Positions 1-10,214 of a DNA stretch of 64,000 nt are shown here, one piece after another (within the stretch, counting starts at the first letter, position 1; every line of letters begins with the position of its first letter). The position numbers and the translations under genes are program-made. Below the pieces are notes generated by a model. The model did no database searches, was not told the origin of the DNA, and saw only the letters and a program-made list of their open reading frames with translations. This DNA comes from a virus, in the IMG/VR virus record IMGVR_UViG_3300034063_001075, positions 12,034 to 76,033 of that record. One strand, written 5' to 3'.

Positions 1-3000
1 AAGTGCTGCTTGAAGTCGAAGTTCCGGTAGATGTGGACGTCGAGGTTGATGTTCCCGTTGAAGTAGAAGTTCCGGTAGAAGTTGACGAAGACGTCGAGCT
101 ACTCGTTGAAGTTGAGCTTCCTGTAGAACTCCCACTAGAAGTCGAAGAGGAGGTCGAACTAGAAGTCGAAGTTCCGCTGCTGGTGGAGCTAGAAGTCGAA
201 GAGGAGGTCGAACTAGAAGTCGAAGAGGAGGTCGAACTAGAAGTCGATGAAGACGTTCCGCTGCTGGTAGAGCTAGAACTAGAAGTCGAAGTTCCGCTGC
301 TGGTGGAGCTAGAAGTCGAAGAAGACGTTGAAGAAGAGGTAGAACTGGATGTTCCGCTGCTGGTAGAGCTAGAACTAGAAGTCGATGAAGACGTTCCACT
401 GCTGGTAGAGCTAGAAGTCGATGAAGACGTTCCGCTTGACGTCGAGCTAGATGTTCCGCTGCTGGTAGAGCTAGAAGTCGAAGAGGAAGTCGAGCTTCCA
501 CTGCTAGTAGAGCTAGAAGTCGAAGAAGACGTTGAAGAAGAGGTAGAACTGGATGTTCCGCTGCTGGTAGAGCTAGAAGTCGAAGAGGAAGTCGAGCTAG
601 AAGTAGAACTGGATGTTCCGCTGCTGGTAGAGGTACCGCTTGAGGTCGAGGTGGAGGAAGTGGAGGAGGTGGAAGTGGATGTTCCTGTATTAGTCGAAGT
701 AGAAGTCGAATTTCCCGTGGAAGTTGACGTCCCTGTGGAGGTGGAAGTGGAAGTCGAGGTGGAGGTTGACGTTCCGGTGGATGTTGAAGTTCCGGTAGAA
801 GTAGACGTCGAAGTAGACGTTCCGGTGGAAGTCGATGTCCCGGTGGAAGTGGAAGTGGAAGTTCCGGTAGATGTGGACGTTGAAGTCGATGTCCCGGTGG
901 AAGTGGAAGTTCCGGTAGATGTCGAAGTGGAAGTTCCAGTGGAGGTAGACGTGCTTGTAGACGTAGAAGTTCCAGTGGAAGTAGATGTCCCGGTTGACGT
1001 TGAAGTAGAGGTAGAGGTCGAGGTGCTGGTGGACGTTCCTGTCGAAGTGCTGGTGGACGTTCCTGTCGAAGTCCCGGTAGACGTCGAGGTGCTAGTGGAG
1101 GTGCTTGTTCCGGTTGAGGTAGATGTTCCGGTGGAAGTTGATGTCCCCGTAGTCGTAGAAGTGGACGTCGAGGTGCTGGTGGACGTTCCTGTCGAGGTAG
1201 AGGTCGAGGTAGAGGTCGAGGTGCTGGTGGACGTTCCGGTAGAGGTAGACGTTCCAGTTGAGGTAGATGTCGAAGTGCTGGTAGACGTTCCAGTTGAGGT
1301 AGATGTTCCGGTAGAGGTAGACGTTCCAGTTGAGGTAGACGTTCCTGTCGTTGTGCTTGTACTCGTCGAAGTAGACGTTCCGGTGGAAGTGTTAGTTCCT
1401 GTCGTTGTGCTTGTACCCGTCGAAGTGTTAGTTCCGCTCGTTGTGCCACTCGATGTTCCCGAAGAACTACTGCTTCCGGAACTTTGAACGGTCGCGTTTG
1501 AAGTTCGGTTTTCTGTCGGGTCGCTGGTCAGAGGAGCGCCTCTGCGAGATGACGTGACCGAATCTCTTGAACCAGTTTGGGTGGTAGACTGGCTCTGCCC
1601 TTGAGATTGGTTCTGAGACTGGCTCTGCCCCTGAGACTGGTTCTGGCTCTGCGACTGACTTTGTCCTTGGGATTGAGACTGGCCTTGGCTCTGGCTCTGG
1701 GACTGGCTCTGGCTCTGTCCTTGAGATTGAGACTGGCCTTGGCTCTGACTTTGAGACTGGGATTGGTTCTGGCTCTGCGACTGACTCTGAGACTGGGATT
1801 GGTTCTGGCTCTGGGATTGGTTTTGGCTCTGAGACTGGCTCTGGCTCTGAGACTGGCCTTGGCTCTGCGACTGACTCTGAGACTGGCTCTGAGACTGACT
1901 CTGGCCCTGAGACTGGCCTTGGCTCTGACTTTGAGACTGGCTCTGGTTTTGGCTCTGGCTCTGGGACTGGCCTTGGCTCTGCGACTGACTCTGAGACTGG
2001 CTTTGAGACTGACTCTGGTTCTGGCTCTGCGACTGACTTTGTCCTTGGGATTGAGATTGTGACTGATTCTGGCTCTGAGATTGGTTTTGGCTTTGAGACT
2101 GGCTCTGCCCTTGCGACTGACTCTGAGACTGGCTCTGCGACTGGTTCTGCGATTGGCTCTGACTCTGAGACTGGCTCTGCCCTTGCGACTGACTCTGAGA
2201 CTGACTCTGCGACTGGTTCTGCGATTGGCTCTGAGACTGGCCTTGGCTCTGCGACTGGCTTTGGTTCTGGCTCTGCGACTGATTTTGAGACTGGGACTGG
2301 CCTTGGCTCTGACTTTGAGACTGGCTCTGAGACTGGCTCTGGCTTTGTCCCTGCGTCTGACTCTGCCCTTGGTTCTGCGACTGACTCTGACTTTGTCCTT
2401 GGCTTTGACTCTGGGACTGAGACTGGCTCTGAGATTGCGATTGAGACTGCGACTGGCTCTGCCCTTGGCTCTGGGACTGGCTCTGCCCTTGGCTCTGGGA
2501 CTGACTCTGGGACTGGGCTTGGCCTTGGCTTTGGGACTGGCTCTGCCCTTGGCTCTGGGACTGACTCTGGGACTGGCTCTGCCCTTGTGATTGAGACTGC
2601 GATTGAGACTGGCTCTGCGACTGGCTTTGAGACTGTGATTGGGACTGGCTCTGCGACTGGCTTTGAGACTGTGATTGGGACTGGCTCTGTCCCTGCGACT
2701 GTGATTGGGACTGGCTCTGTCCCTGCGACTGGGACTGACTCTGATTCTGTCCTTGGGATTGGTTTTGGGACTGGCTCTGCGACTGCCCTTGGCTCTGGGA
2801 CTGGCTCTGAGACTGGCCTTGGCTCTGCGACTGCCCTTGGCTCTGACTTTGAGACTGGCTCTGACTCTGTCCCTGAGATTGATTTTGGGACTGACTCTGA
2901 GACTGGCCCTGTCCCTGAGATTGGTTTTGGGACTGACTCTGCGACTGGCTTTGCCCCTGAGACTGGCTTTGCCCCTGAGACTGGTTTTGAGACTGGCTCT

Positions 3001-4948
3001 GGCTCTGGGACTGGCTCTGCCCTTGACTCTGGTTCTGGCTCTGGCTCTGAGACTGACTTTGCCCTTGGGACTGGTTCTGACTTTGTGACTGATTCTGGCC
3101 CTGCGTCTGAGACTGCGATGTAGAGGATCCGGTTGAAGAGGAGGTTCCGTTAGAGGTCCCAGTAGAGTTCGTGCTTGAAACAGAGTTAAATACCGTATTC
3201 GAATTCGACGTCGCGGAGGTATTCGAAACAGTATTCGAGTTTGTGTTCGAATTGGTATTCGAATTAGACGAAGAGTTCGACGTCGAGTTAGAAGTAGAAT
3301 TTGTATTTGAAACCGTATTCGAAGTGGACGAAGAGTTTGACGACGAGTTTGTGTTTGAAAAAGATGTTGAACTAGTAGTAGCGGAAGTTGTCGAAGAGCT
3401 ATTTGAAGTCGAAGTTGAGTTAGTAAGTGCGTTCGAATTCGAAAGAATATTCGACGTAGTAAGAGAATTAGAAGTAGAGCTTACAGAGGACGTGGTAGAA
3501 GTCGTGTTAGTGTTGCTAGAAGAAGATATGGAATTGTTGCTCCCGCTCGTCGTTGAGGATGAATTGCCCGTAGACGAAACACTTGAAGTGCCACTCGAAG
3601 TAGACTGCGACGTATTCGAAATAGTCCCGCTTGAAGTTCCAGTCGAAAAATTGGTAGCGGAACTTGTGGAGTTAACTGTAGACGTACCCGAAGAAAGACT
3701 TTGAGTATTTGTCGTAGACTGATTGCTTCCGCTCGTTGTCGAATTTGATATAACCGAGCTATTGGTTGTAGAGGAGTTTGTTCCCGTGCTCGAAGTAGTG
3801 AGGTTGCTGGACGATGTAGAATTATTTGAACCTTCCGAAGAAACTTCGGACTCCGAATGAGTTGAACTGTTTCTAGTAATTTCTATCTCAACAGCCGTAG
3901 AAAAAGACTGGGCGTTGAAGATTTGAGCAGAAGGCTGATTTGTTGGAGGGCCGTAGTAAAAAGACCGAGTAAAGCGAGCGAGCAACGCACCGTCAGGAGC
4001 CGAGCGATACCGGGGAATAACCACCGGGGTTTCTGTCCCGACAACCTCCAACTCAAGCAATTCATCGGGGAGAGACGCTTCCCGGCGACGGCCATACCAA
4101 ACTTGAGGTTGAGGGAGGACAATACTGCTAGCAACGCGAACGGAACGGAAGCTATCGACAGGGTCTACCTCAGTAGCGATAACACGGTTTTGAGCCGTAA
4201 TCTGAAGACCGCCTTCGGTCCCAGCAGATACAACCTTACGCTCAATGCGAATCGGAATACCCAGACGCTGATCAATCTGAGTTCCGACCAGTGTCGGCCA
4301 ATCAGAATCGGCAAGTTCCGACTTCTCCAAGACGGACTTCCCACCCCCAAGCGGCTTGATGCTAGCATCGATGACATCTTCGCCAAGTTGGATAGGTGTA
4401 TCTGAATCAACGACTTGCTGCGTCGTATTGACCTTTACCCCACCGAAATCTTTTACCCAACCCTCACCTGTCTGGGCAGGCCCCGGAAGCGTCTCGTAAA
4501 CCCGAACAACCTTTACGAAAAGACTGTCCAAGGTTTGGTCATCAATCCTCTGGACTTCCTGCTCTACGAGCTTGGCTGACGAATAAACAGGGTCGGGGGT
4601 TCCTGCTGCTAGCGGGGCGTAATCCTCTCGGGGGATTACGTACGACCGGATATAAATCGGGTGGTCTTTTGAGTTCCCCGAATACTTGATCGCGAAGTTG
4701 TACGCGTCTTGGTCTACGCGGTCTGTAGCGTAAACATTTCGAATCCAATTACCATCAATAGGCTGCTGGAAAACTAGTTTTAGATTAGGGTAGCGGAAGG
4801 TGTCCGGATGCGCGGTCCCGTACTCTTTGGCTACATACCCCGGAAGACGCGTATCCTCCTCCTGCACCAACACCAAATCCGAAATATTCGGCGTCGGGTA
4901 CGAGACGACTACTTCATTCGGACTAGGGTTACGAGGGCTCCGCATCAT
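1..4948 (-). CDS. Giant virion-associated protein, 3' end beyond the window (>1,649 aa): ~350-aa globular N-terminus, then S/T/N-, (SQ)n-, (ST/GT)n- and S-rich blocks
   Basis: Manual minus-strand translation from ATG 4948 (MMRSPRNPSPNEVVVSYPTPNISDLVLVQEED...) stays in one frame to position 2. It is absent from the ORF track, consistent with no stop in the window. The plus-strand EV/LRLAL/GSGT ORFs are its antisense shadows. Confidence 0.85.
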   Translation of the reverse strand, partial: MMRSPRNPSPNEVVVSYPTPNISDLVLVQEEDTRLPGYVAKEYGTAHPDTFRYPNLKLVFQQPIDGNWIRNVYATDRVDQDAYNFAIKYSGNSKDHPIYIRSYVIPREDYAPLAAGTPDPVYSSAKLVEQEVQRIDDQTLDSLFVKVVRVYETLPGPAQTGEGWVKDFGGVKVNTTQQVVDSDTPIQLGEDVIDASIKPLGGGKSVLEKSELADSDWPTLVGTQIDQRLGIPIRIERKVVSAGTEGGLQITAQNRVIATEVDPVDSFRSVRVASSIVLPQPQVWYGRRREASLPDELLELEVVGTETPVVIPRYRSAPDGALLARFTRSFYYGPPTNQPSAQIFNAQSFSTAVEIEITRNSSTHSESEVSSEGSNNSTSSSNLTTSSTGTNSSTTNSSVISNSTTSGSNQSTTNTQSLSSGTSTVNSTSSATNFSTGTSSGTISNTSQSTSSGTSSVSSTGNSSSTTSGSNNSISSSSNTNTTSTTSSVSSTSNSLTTSNILSNSNALTNSTSTSNSSSTTSATTSSTSFSNTNSSSNSSSTSNTVSNTNSTSNSTSNSSSNSNTNSNTNSNTVSNTSATSNSNTVFNSVSSTNSTGTSNGTSSSTGSSTSQSQTQGQNQSQSQNQSQGQSQSQSQSQNQSQGQSQSQSQSQSQNQSQGQSQSQGQSQSQSQSQNQSQGQGQSQSQSQNQSQGQSQSQSQSQSQGQSQSQGQSQSQSQSQGQSQSQSQNQSQGQNQSQSQSQGQSQSQSQSQGQSQSQSQSQSQSQSQSQSQSQSQSQSQSQSQSQSQGQSQSQSQSQSQGQSQSQSQGQAQSQSQSQSQGQSQSQSQGQSQSQSQSQSQSQSQSQSQSQGQSQSQSQNQGQSQTQGQSQSQSQSQSQSQSQGQSQSQNQSQSQNQSQSQSQGQSQSQSQNQSQSQSQSQSQGQSQSQSQSQSQNQSQSQSQSQSQGQSQSQSQNQSQSQNQSQSQSQGQSQSQSQNQSQSQSQSQSQSQSQGQSQSQSQNQSQSQSQSQGQSQGQSQSQSQSQSQSQSQGQSQSQSQSQSQNQSQSQNQSQSQSQSQSQNQSQSQSQSQGQSQSQGQSQSQSQSQSQGQSQSQGQSQSQSQNQSQGQSQSQNQSQGQSQSTTQTGSRDSVTSSRRGAPLTSDPTENRTSNATVQSSGSSSSSGTSSGTTSGTNTSTGTSTTTGTNTSTGTSTSTSTSTTTGTSTSTGTSTSTGTSTSTGTSTSTSTSTSTGTSTSTGTSTSTSTSTSTSTSTGTSTSTSTSTSTTTGTSTSTGTSTSTGTSTSTSTSTSTGTSTGTSTSTSTGTSTSTSTSTSTSTSTGTSTSTGTSTSTSTSTSTGTSTSTSTGTSTSTGTSTSTSTSTGTSTSTSTGTSTSTGTSTSTSTSTGTSTSTGTSTSTSTSTSTSTGTSTSTGNSTSTSTNTGTSTSTSSTSSTSTSSGTSTSSGTSSSTSSSTSSSTSSSTSSGTSSSTSSSTSSSTSSSTSSGSSTSSSTSSSTSSGTSSSTSSGTSSSTSSSTSSGTSSSTSSSSSTSSGTSSSTSSSTSSSTSSSTSSGTSTSSSSSTSSGTSSSTSSSTSSSTSSSTSSSTSSSTSSGTSTSSSTSSSTSSGSSTGSSTSTSSSTSSSTSTGTSTSTGTSTSTSTSTGTSTSSST

Positions 4949-4965
4949 AAGCGACCAACATATAC

Positions 4966-5661
4966 CTAGACGTGCAATTTAACAAGATCAGCTTCTGCGT
5001 CTCTTCTGCGGACTAACCCTTTGAACTTTGTGCCAACCCACAAGCGTTTCATCCGACGGATAAGGCCCTCAATTTGTTCGATGTCCCCAACGCGTACGGC
5101 TTCTCGAAGCATTGCCATTTCTTTTCGACGCGAACCAGTCAAAGAAGACCCCCGGTTAAAGACAATAGAAACCAGAGCCCCCAGAACGTCCGGATGGAGT
5201 TTCTCAGAACCGGGATACGTTTTCAAAGTAAGATCGACAAATCGTGGAAGCGTAGAGTGCCGAAATACTTGCAGGGCTGACTCCCAAGGAATACGGATAT
5301 CGGAAAGACTTTTAATTAGTGTCGAAGCCCGGACCCCCTTGACCGACAAAGTAGCGGCAAGGCGCTTGAATGTGACGCTCGACATCAGATTCCCACCCCA
5401 ATCGCGGGAAAACTGCATGGGGGTGTTGTAACCAAGATCATACCCGATCCCAATAGTAACCCCCGACGCGAGCCCCGGCCACGTGGGTTTAGAAAGATAG
5501 CGTTCGTAATAAGCTTTAGAACTGACCTCGTACTTTACGATCAGGTCGAACGCCTTGTCGGAAATCGCTGGCTTGCTAACAGATTGAGGAGGCGCTGTGG
5601 GAGAGTCCCAGAAAGACTTAACCCAGTCGGAGAATTGCGTGAAGAGGTCGAACCGCGCCAT
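4966..5661 (-). CDS. Endolysin, pesticin-C/T4-lysozyme-like muramidase
   Basis: KYE...SGVTIGIGYDLG motif, ALVSIVFNRG, and C-terminal GLVRRRDAEADL. Confidence 0.85.
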   Translation of the reverse strand: MARFDLFTQFSDWVKSFWDSPTAPPQSVSKPAISDKAFDLIVKYEVSSKAYYERYLSKPTWPGLASGVTIGIGYDLGYNTPMQFSRDWGGNLMSSVTFKRLAATLSVKGVRASTLIKSLSDIRIPWESALQVFRHSTLPRFVDLTLKTYPGSEKLHPDVLGALVSIVFNRGSSLTGSRRKEMAMLREAVRVGDIEQIEGLIRRMKRLWVGTKFKGLVRRRDAEADLVKLHV

Positions 5662-5664
5662 AAA

Positions 5665-6132
5665 CTAGGGGGTGCTGATTACAGTGACCGCTTCCTGCGA
5701 AGCGGCTTCGTAAGTCACAGGCGGTTCGGGCCAGCCACTTTTGGGGCTTGGGTCGATTGACGAAGCTAATAAGATTCCTTCAAGCCATTGTTTCATCGCC
5801 ATCATGGCGGGGCCGAGAGTCTGGCCGCTAGTAACCAAGGCCATCTCTAGCCGCTGAAGACCAATGATCTGAAGGCTCGTCAAGAATCGGGAAGTCCACT
5901 GCTCTGCGGTATAGGTGAGATCGGTGACGGTCCAAGTGCGCGTCACGGTTTGCGCTTCGACATCTACGACATCCGATTGAGTGAGCACTTGGGTTTCGGA
6001 GTTGTAAGCAGGCGGTTCGCTTTCCACCACAGTCATCTCCAAAAGCTCTGGAGCAAGGCCGACAATCGGCTCCTCATCAATGCGCGGCCACGGAAGGACT
6101 TGTTCTGTTTGGGTATTGTAGAGAAGTTTCAT
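5665..6132 (-). CDS. Putative tail-fibre-associated/assembly protein
   Basis: Coupled in the late operon; PPAYNSETQVL...TRTWTV motif typical of fibre accessory proteins. Confidence 0.55.
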   Translation of the reverse strand: MKLLYNTQTEQVLPWPRIDEEPIVGLAPELLEMTVVESEPPAYNSETQVLTQSDVVDVEAQTVTRTWTVTDLTYTAEQWTSRFLTSLQIIGLQRLEMALVTSGQTLGPAMMAMKQWLEGILLASSIDPSPKSGWPEPPVTYEAASQEAVTVISTP

Positions 6133-6134
6133 AC

Positions 6135-6656
6135 TTAGAATATTACGCTGACATTAGAAAGACCGGGGGTTTGAGCCGCTGCCCCTTTCCAAAAGTTGAT
6201 GCGAACCACATGACCCGCAGGCACGTTGGACGCTGTAAGCGTGACGGTCTGTGGCGTATTAAAGGCAGGTTGCACTGCAAGTTGCTGACCACCAGTAGTT
6301 CTATTCACAATGTTCGCAGCCATTGCCCACGCGTTTCCATTGAATGGATTTGAGCCGTTCCATGAGAGAATGAAATCAGACGTTGCAGGCATTGTGAAAT
6401 CTTGGAAAAACGTCAACAGCCCCCCCGCCTCTTGAGGTGAACGTGTAAGGCCCTGAAGATTTGCGTAATAGACGCCCCCAAGTAATCGAACCAATGAGTC
6501 GTTTGTAGCCACATTTACAAACGTGCCCCAGCCAAAAGGCACTGCTCTGCCCCACCAATTCGCAACATTGCTGGTCATGCCAGTGACATTTGAAAAGTCA
6601 CCGTTTACGACGCGTTCTTCAGCAAAGGCATACGGATTGATTACGAAAGCACTCAT
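6135..6656 (-). CDS. Putative virion protein with carbohydrate-binding-like beta-sandwich
   Basis: FVINPY N-terminal motif, VVNGDFS start of a CBM-like domain, tail gene context. Confidence 0.5.
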   Translation of the reverse strand: MSAFVINPYAFAEERVVNGDFSNVTGMTSNVANWWGRAVPFGWGTFVNVATNDSLVRLLGGVYYANLQGLTRSPQEAGGLLTFFQDFTMPATSDFILSWNGSNPFNGNAWAMAANIVNRTTGGQQLAVQPAFNTPQTVTLTASNVPAGHVVRINFWKGAAAQTPGLSNVSVIF

Positions 6657-8359
6657 AAAGGACGGGTTCCCTCCAAATATACTTTCAATCCTTTTCCTGC
6701 AAAAGAGCCGCCGACCTGTTGGACAAAAATGTTGAGCGCAATTGGTTGATCACCAAATATAGTCATGCTGTCAATGCTTGAAGCATGAGTTGTTCCGGCT
6801 GCTATAGTTACAGTTGCTAAATTATTAGTCCCCTGACGAAGATGCACGATTAGCGAAGATCCAGTCGGGGCTTCAGTGACCGAAGCACGGAAAGTCGAGA
6901 ATTCCCACTCGAAAAAGTTGGTGAACACGAGCTTTTGTCCAGTAGTCAAAGGGGATGACTCGTTCGAACAAGCGGCGATGATTTGGTAAGGGACGTTTTC
7001 GACAGGAGGATAATACTGTATGAGACTCCACCCGTTTACGGTATCCCAGACTATAGTCGCCCACTGAAACTTGGTACTCGCAAAGGCGGGGTCTAACTCC
7101 CCGAATTCCGTCTTAGTAAGAACGTTGGGTTTGTTAAGAATCTCCGCATCACCCGAAGTTGCGTTCCAGTCGGCCTTTGGAATATTCGCAATGTCCCGTC
7201 CATCAATATTCAGCCGATTACCCGGCCCTAAGTCCTGCCAATATACCGGATCGGTTACAGGTATAGATTCATTGTCGAATTTCGCCCGATAAATCCGCCC
7301 TCCTGAATGCACTACATCCCCCGCAAGGTAGCGGGTTCCGTCAACAAGTGTATGGTTGGCAGTCCACGGAACGGCGGCGTTGAAATAGAGGTCGTCGTGA
7401 TTGTGGGCAGAAGGCGGAAACGAGGAGGGTTTATTTAGGATCTGCGCGTCCCCCGAGTTGGCGTTCCAATTAGCCTGCACGTTTGGACTGATCTCACTGT
7501 AAGAAGTGCCGTTCCAGACATATACTTTACCGTTGTCTGAAGTCACATACACGGAGCCACCTTGAGAAACAGCAACGCCAGTTGTAGGAAGAGCGGCAAA
7601 ATTGGCTACGCTAACAAGTATATCCAAAGCGTCTCGTTGAGCTTGTGCATTTGCGGCAAGCAACAAAGCGCGGCCTGCGGCGGTGCTGTCGGAGATGGCC
7701 GAGGCGGGGTGAGTATGCTTTGAGGGGTTCTTGATCGACCAAGTGACGGGAGTGCTACCACCACCGACTGCAACCAGTTCGACAGTCTCTCCATCAGCCA
7801 GAGTTATCAGGTCTGTAAAGCCAGTGCCGTATTGCGGACTCCCTTGGGGGGCGACTACCTCATATTGTCTGAGAACAACGCTCCACGGCCCACCAGCGTG
7901 AAACTGCGCGTTGTGGGTAAAGGTCAGGGTATCTCCGGGCTGCGCCCCATCATTCGACCTTGGCAAAGTGACCTTTCTGTTTTGTGAGAAGTTGTATGAG
8001 TTAAACGTGATAATTTGGTTCCTTCCGGCATTCACTACGGAATTGGCATTTGTCGTCCCCCCGATATCGAAAGATATTCTAGACTCTTTCTGCCCTAGCG
8101 CGGTCTCCAACCCGGTCACTTCGCTTATGCTGGCCGCGACTACCTTCTCAACGAAATGCGAGTTATCGACACCGTCTTTGAACCAATACTCCACGACAGA
8201 GTTGCCGCTTTTGATACCGACGGTTAAGCCCTGATAACGTAAGCCGGACGAGAGGTCAGCGAGCGCGAGCGCGGTAGTATCGTAAGGCCCGTACTTCGCA
8301 TCGATGGGTTTAGGGGAGCCAACGACTACGCCGCTTGAAAGTTGAATTCCAGTAGGCAT
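6653..8359 (-). CDS. Tail fibre / receptor-binding protein
   Basis: 568 aa; HTHPAS motif, repeated (A)xWNAxSGDAxILNKP, YVWNGTSY and CBM5/12-like YLAGDVVHSGGRIYRA. Confidence 0.75.
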   Translation of the reverse strand: MPTGIQLSSGVVVGSPKPIDAKYGPYDTTALALADLSSGLRYQGLTVGIKSGNSVVEYWFKDGVDNSHFVEKVVAASISEVTGLETALGQKESRISFDIGGTTNANSVVNAGRNQIITFNSYNFSQNRKVTLPRSNDGAQPGDTLTFTHNAQFHAGGPWSVVLRQYEVVAPQGSPQYGTGFTDLITLADGETVELVAVGGGSTPVTWSIKNPSKHTHPASAISDSTAAGRALLLAANAQAQRDALDILVSVANFAALPTTGVAVSQGGSVYVTSDNGKVYVWNGTSYSEISPNVQANWNANSGDAQILNKPSSFPPSAHNHDDLYFNAAVPWTANHTLVDGTRYLAGDVVHSGGRIYRAKFDNESIPVTDPVYWQDLGPGNRLNIDGRDIANIPKADWNATSGDAEILNKPNVLTKTEFGELDPAFASTKFQWATIVWDTVNGWSLIQYYPPVENVPYQIIAACSNESSPLTTGQKLVFTNFFEWEFSTFRASVTEAPTGSSLIVHLRQGTNNLATVTIAAGTTHASSIDSMTIFGDQPIALNIFVQQVGGSFAGKGLKVYLEGTRPL

Positions 8360-9384
8360 TAGGTGGGGTTCCTTAGCTGAAGTGTTGTGTTGGAGTTAGT
8401 GAGCGGAAGAGGCGTAATGTGCATCTTGTACTCTACGGACCACAACGACGTAGCCACATCCTGTTGAGTAGCCACTGCGTTGAAAACAGACGTTATCGAC
8501 CCGTTGTCCAAATCTGTGACGTAATACGTGGCTTTAGTAGTCAGCGCAGACTGATAAGCCACCCCGAGAAACTGATTGCTTAGGTTGTAGGGGACCGAAA
8601 TTGTGCCACTCGCATCCCCAACGACTTTCGAAAGAACCGCTGACGTATGAATGGCCGTGGCATTACCTGCCATAATAGCTGCCTTAAACTGGGCGGGAGT
8701 AAATGAGACGGGAGACTTGAGGTAATACCACGGATAAACCCCGGTAATGATAGGTGAACTAGTGCTATCCGATACAGTGCCGTTTGGTTGACCGACATTC
8801 CGGTCAGCATCAAGCGCAGTGCTAGCATTTCCTTTGTTATCGAAATACAACCCCGTTCCCGGCTGATGAACCACAGTAACAGCCCAATTATTTGAACCGA
8901 GAACAACCGGGACGTTTCCTAACGAATGCGTCCCTACATTAGGGACGGGTGTCCCCATTGCTGTACCAGAATACGTGAAAGATATTGCGGGGCCTACTAG
9001 TTCAGGCCCTAAAGTGCCATTGCCGTTAGTAATACGCCCACGATCAAAAGTCGCCGTAAGCGTTCGGTTCACTACTGTGCCAACTTCCAAAACTCCTGAA
9101 AGCCCACTAACCGTGAGTGCAACAGACTTAGCTGTGCTTATAGAAGGAGAGACTGTCGGGAACAGAATGACATCCAGAGCTTCCGAGAGCGTACGGGTCT
9201 TCCAAACGCTGGCTAATTCTGGGTCCGCTCCTCCGACTTCTGTGCTAAGAACGCTGTCTCCAACACCGCTAGCATACAGTAGGGAAGCGCTTTCCCCCGG
9301 AGGACCCTGCGGACCTTGTGGGCCGACCGTGTTTACCTGAACAACAGTCGCAGCGGTAGAGATAACTTCGATGACGTCAGCCAT
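8359..9384 (-). CDS. Virion structural protein with short collagen-like motif
   Basis: GPQGPQGPPGE near the N-terminus, T/V/G-rich beta composition, translational coupling. Confidence 0.6.
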   Translation of the reverse strand: MADVIEVISTAATVVQVNTVGPQGPQGPPGESASLLYASGVGDSVLSTEVGGADPELASVWKTRTLSEALDVILFPTVSPSISTAKSVALTVSGLSGVLEVGTVVNRTLTATFDRGRITNGNGTLGPELVGPAISFTYSGTAMGTPVPNVGTHSLGNVPVVLGSNNWAVTVVHQPGTGLYFDNKGNASTALDADRNVGQPNGTVSDSTSSPIITGVYPWYYLKSPVSFTPAQFKAAIMAGNATAIHTSAVLSKVVGDASGTISVPYNLSNQFLGVAYQSALTTKATYYVTDLDNGSITSVFNAVATQQDVATSLWSVEYKMHITPLPLTNSNTTLQLRNPT

Positions 9385-9743
9385 TATCTCGTAACCTCCG
9401 GTGTAACTTCAGAGGGGCCTTCCAAAATACGAAGAACTTCACCTGAAGGGGAAACTAACTCCAAGTCCCAAACACCAGACCCCGCTGGTATATTTTGGGT
9501 CAAAATAGCAGTGGAGAACATATCAATACGGCCAAGCGCTCCCTCGGCTTGTAGCGTGATGCCTCCGTTCTCAGTATTCCACGTCGCCCAAACTGTGTTT
9601 GAAGAATACGAAGGACGCATCATCGAACGGGCGGTCCATCCCGTCAAATTTACAGGCGTTGCATTAGACGCAGTTGTCCCTGCCTTATAAATAAAGGTCT
9701 GCCGAAAAGTAGCGCCTTGATCGATTACGAGTTTATAAGTCAT
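9384..9743 (-). CDS. Tail adaptor (LtfC/BppU-N-like)
   Basis: IDQGATF...PVNLTGWTARSMMR...GVWDLELVSPSGEVLRILEG...VTPEVTR pattern. Confidence 0.7.
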   Translation of the reverse strand: MTYKLVIDQGATFRQTFIYKAGTTASNATPVNLTGWTARSMMRPSYSSNTVWATWNTENGGITLQAEGALGRIDMFSTAILTQNIPAGSGVWDLELVSPSGEVLRILEGPSEVTPEVTR

Positions 9744-9915
9744 GGGAGTCGTCTAACCATACTCTATCTCGTTTATGTTTGCGAGAAGTTCGTGAACGTT
9801 TTTTAGATGAGTCGCGAAAAGAATAATTATGTGAGTGATTGCGAGACTCGCGACGATGCTCGTCGTGTCTGTACTCGTCGTCCTCGAAAAGCTCGCGGTC
9901 GCGAACGCGGGGCAT
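9733..9915 (-). CDS. Small highly charged hypothetical protein
   Basis: Fills the gap between coupled late genes; 60 aa, R/D/E/H-rich. Confidence 0.4.
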   Translation of the reverse strand: MPRVRDRELFEDDEYRHDEHRRESRNHSHNYSFRDSSKKRSRTSRKHKRDRVWLDDSHDL

Positions 9916-9923
9916 AAACGAAA

Positions 9924-10214
9924 TTACGGCGTGGTGGGGCCGAATTTAAGTTTAAGCACTTCTTCGATTCGTTTTGTGCGTTCGTCGATACGAATCAAAG
10001 TTTCCGCTCGCTCTGCCGCTGCTTTTTCGATGGCTGTGAGTCGCGCCTCTTGCCGCCCGTTTTCTTGGTTAATGTGCTGAATTTGGGTGGGTAAAACAAT
10101 CCACCCATTCAACGCCACGAAACAGGTAACAAGAAGCGCGACCCCGGCGATTAACTCCCCGGCAGTCAAACGCAAGAGGTGTGTGGTACGAACCGCCTCC
10201 ATTGTTATACTCAC
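9924..10214 (-). CDS. Holin-like membrane protein (one TM plus coiled coil)
   Basis: Hydrophobic LIAGVALLVTCFVALNGWIVL followed by an RIDERTKRIEE coiled coil. Confidence 0.5.
   Translation of the reverse strand: MSITMEAVRTTHLLRLTAGELIAGVALLVTCFVALNGWIVLPTQIQHINQENGRQEARLTAIEKAAAERAETLIRIDERTKRIEEVLKLKFGPTTP

Noticed and set aside
1590-3120. Repeat region as a CRISPR array or satellite
   Set aside because: No constant repeat with unique spacers; variation follows codon structure
3-3704. Plus-strand ORFs rich in EV, LRLAL or GSGT (3-1487, 1577-2062, 2059-3123, 2081-2590, 2705-3088, 3171-3704)
   Set aside because: Antisense shadows of the single minus-strand Ser-rich gene; they are fragmented and opposite to the operon direction
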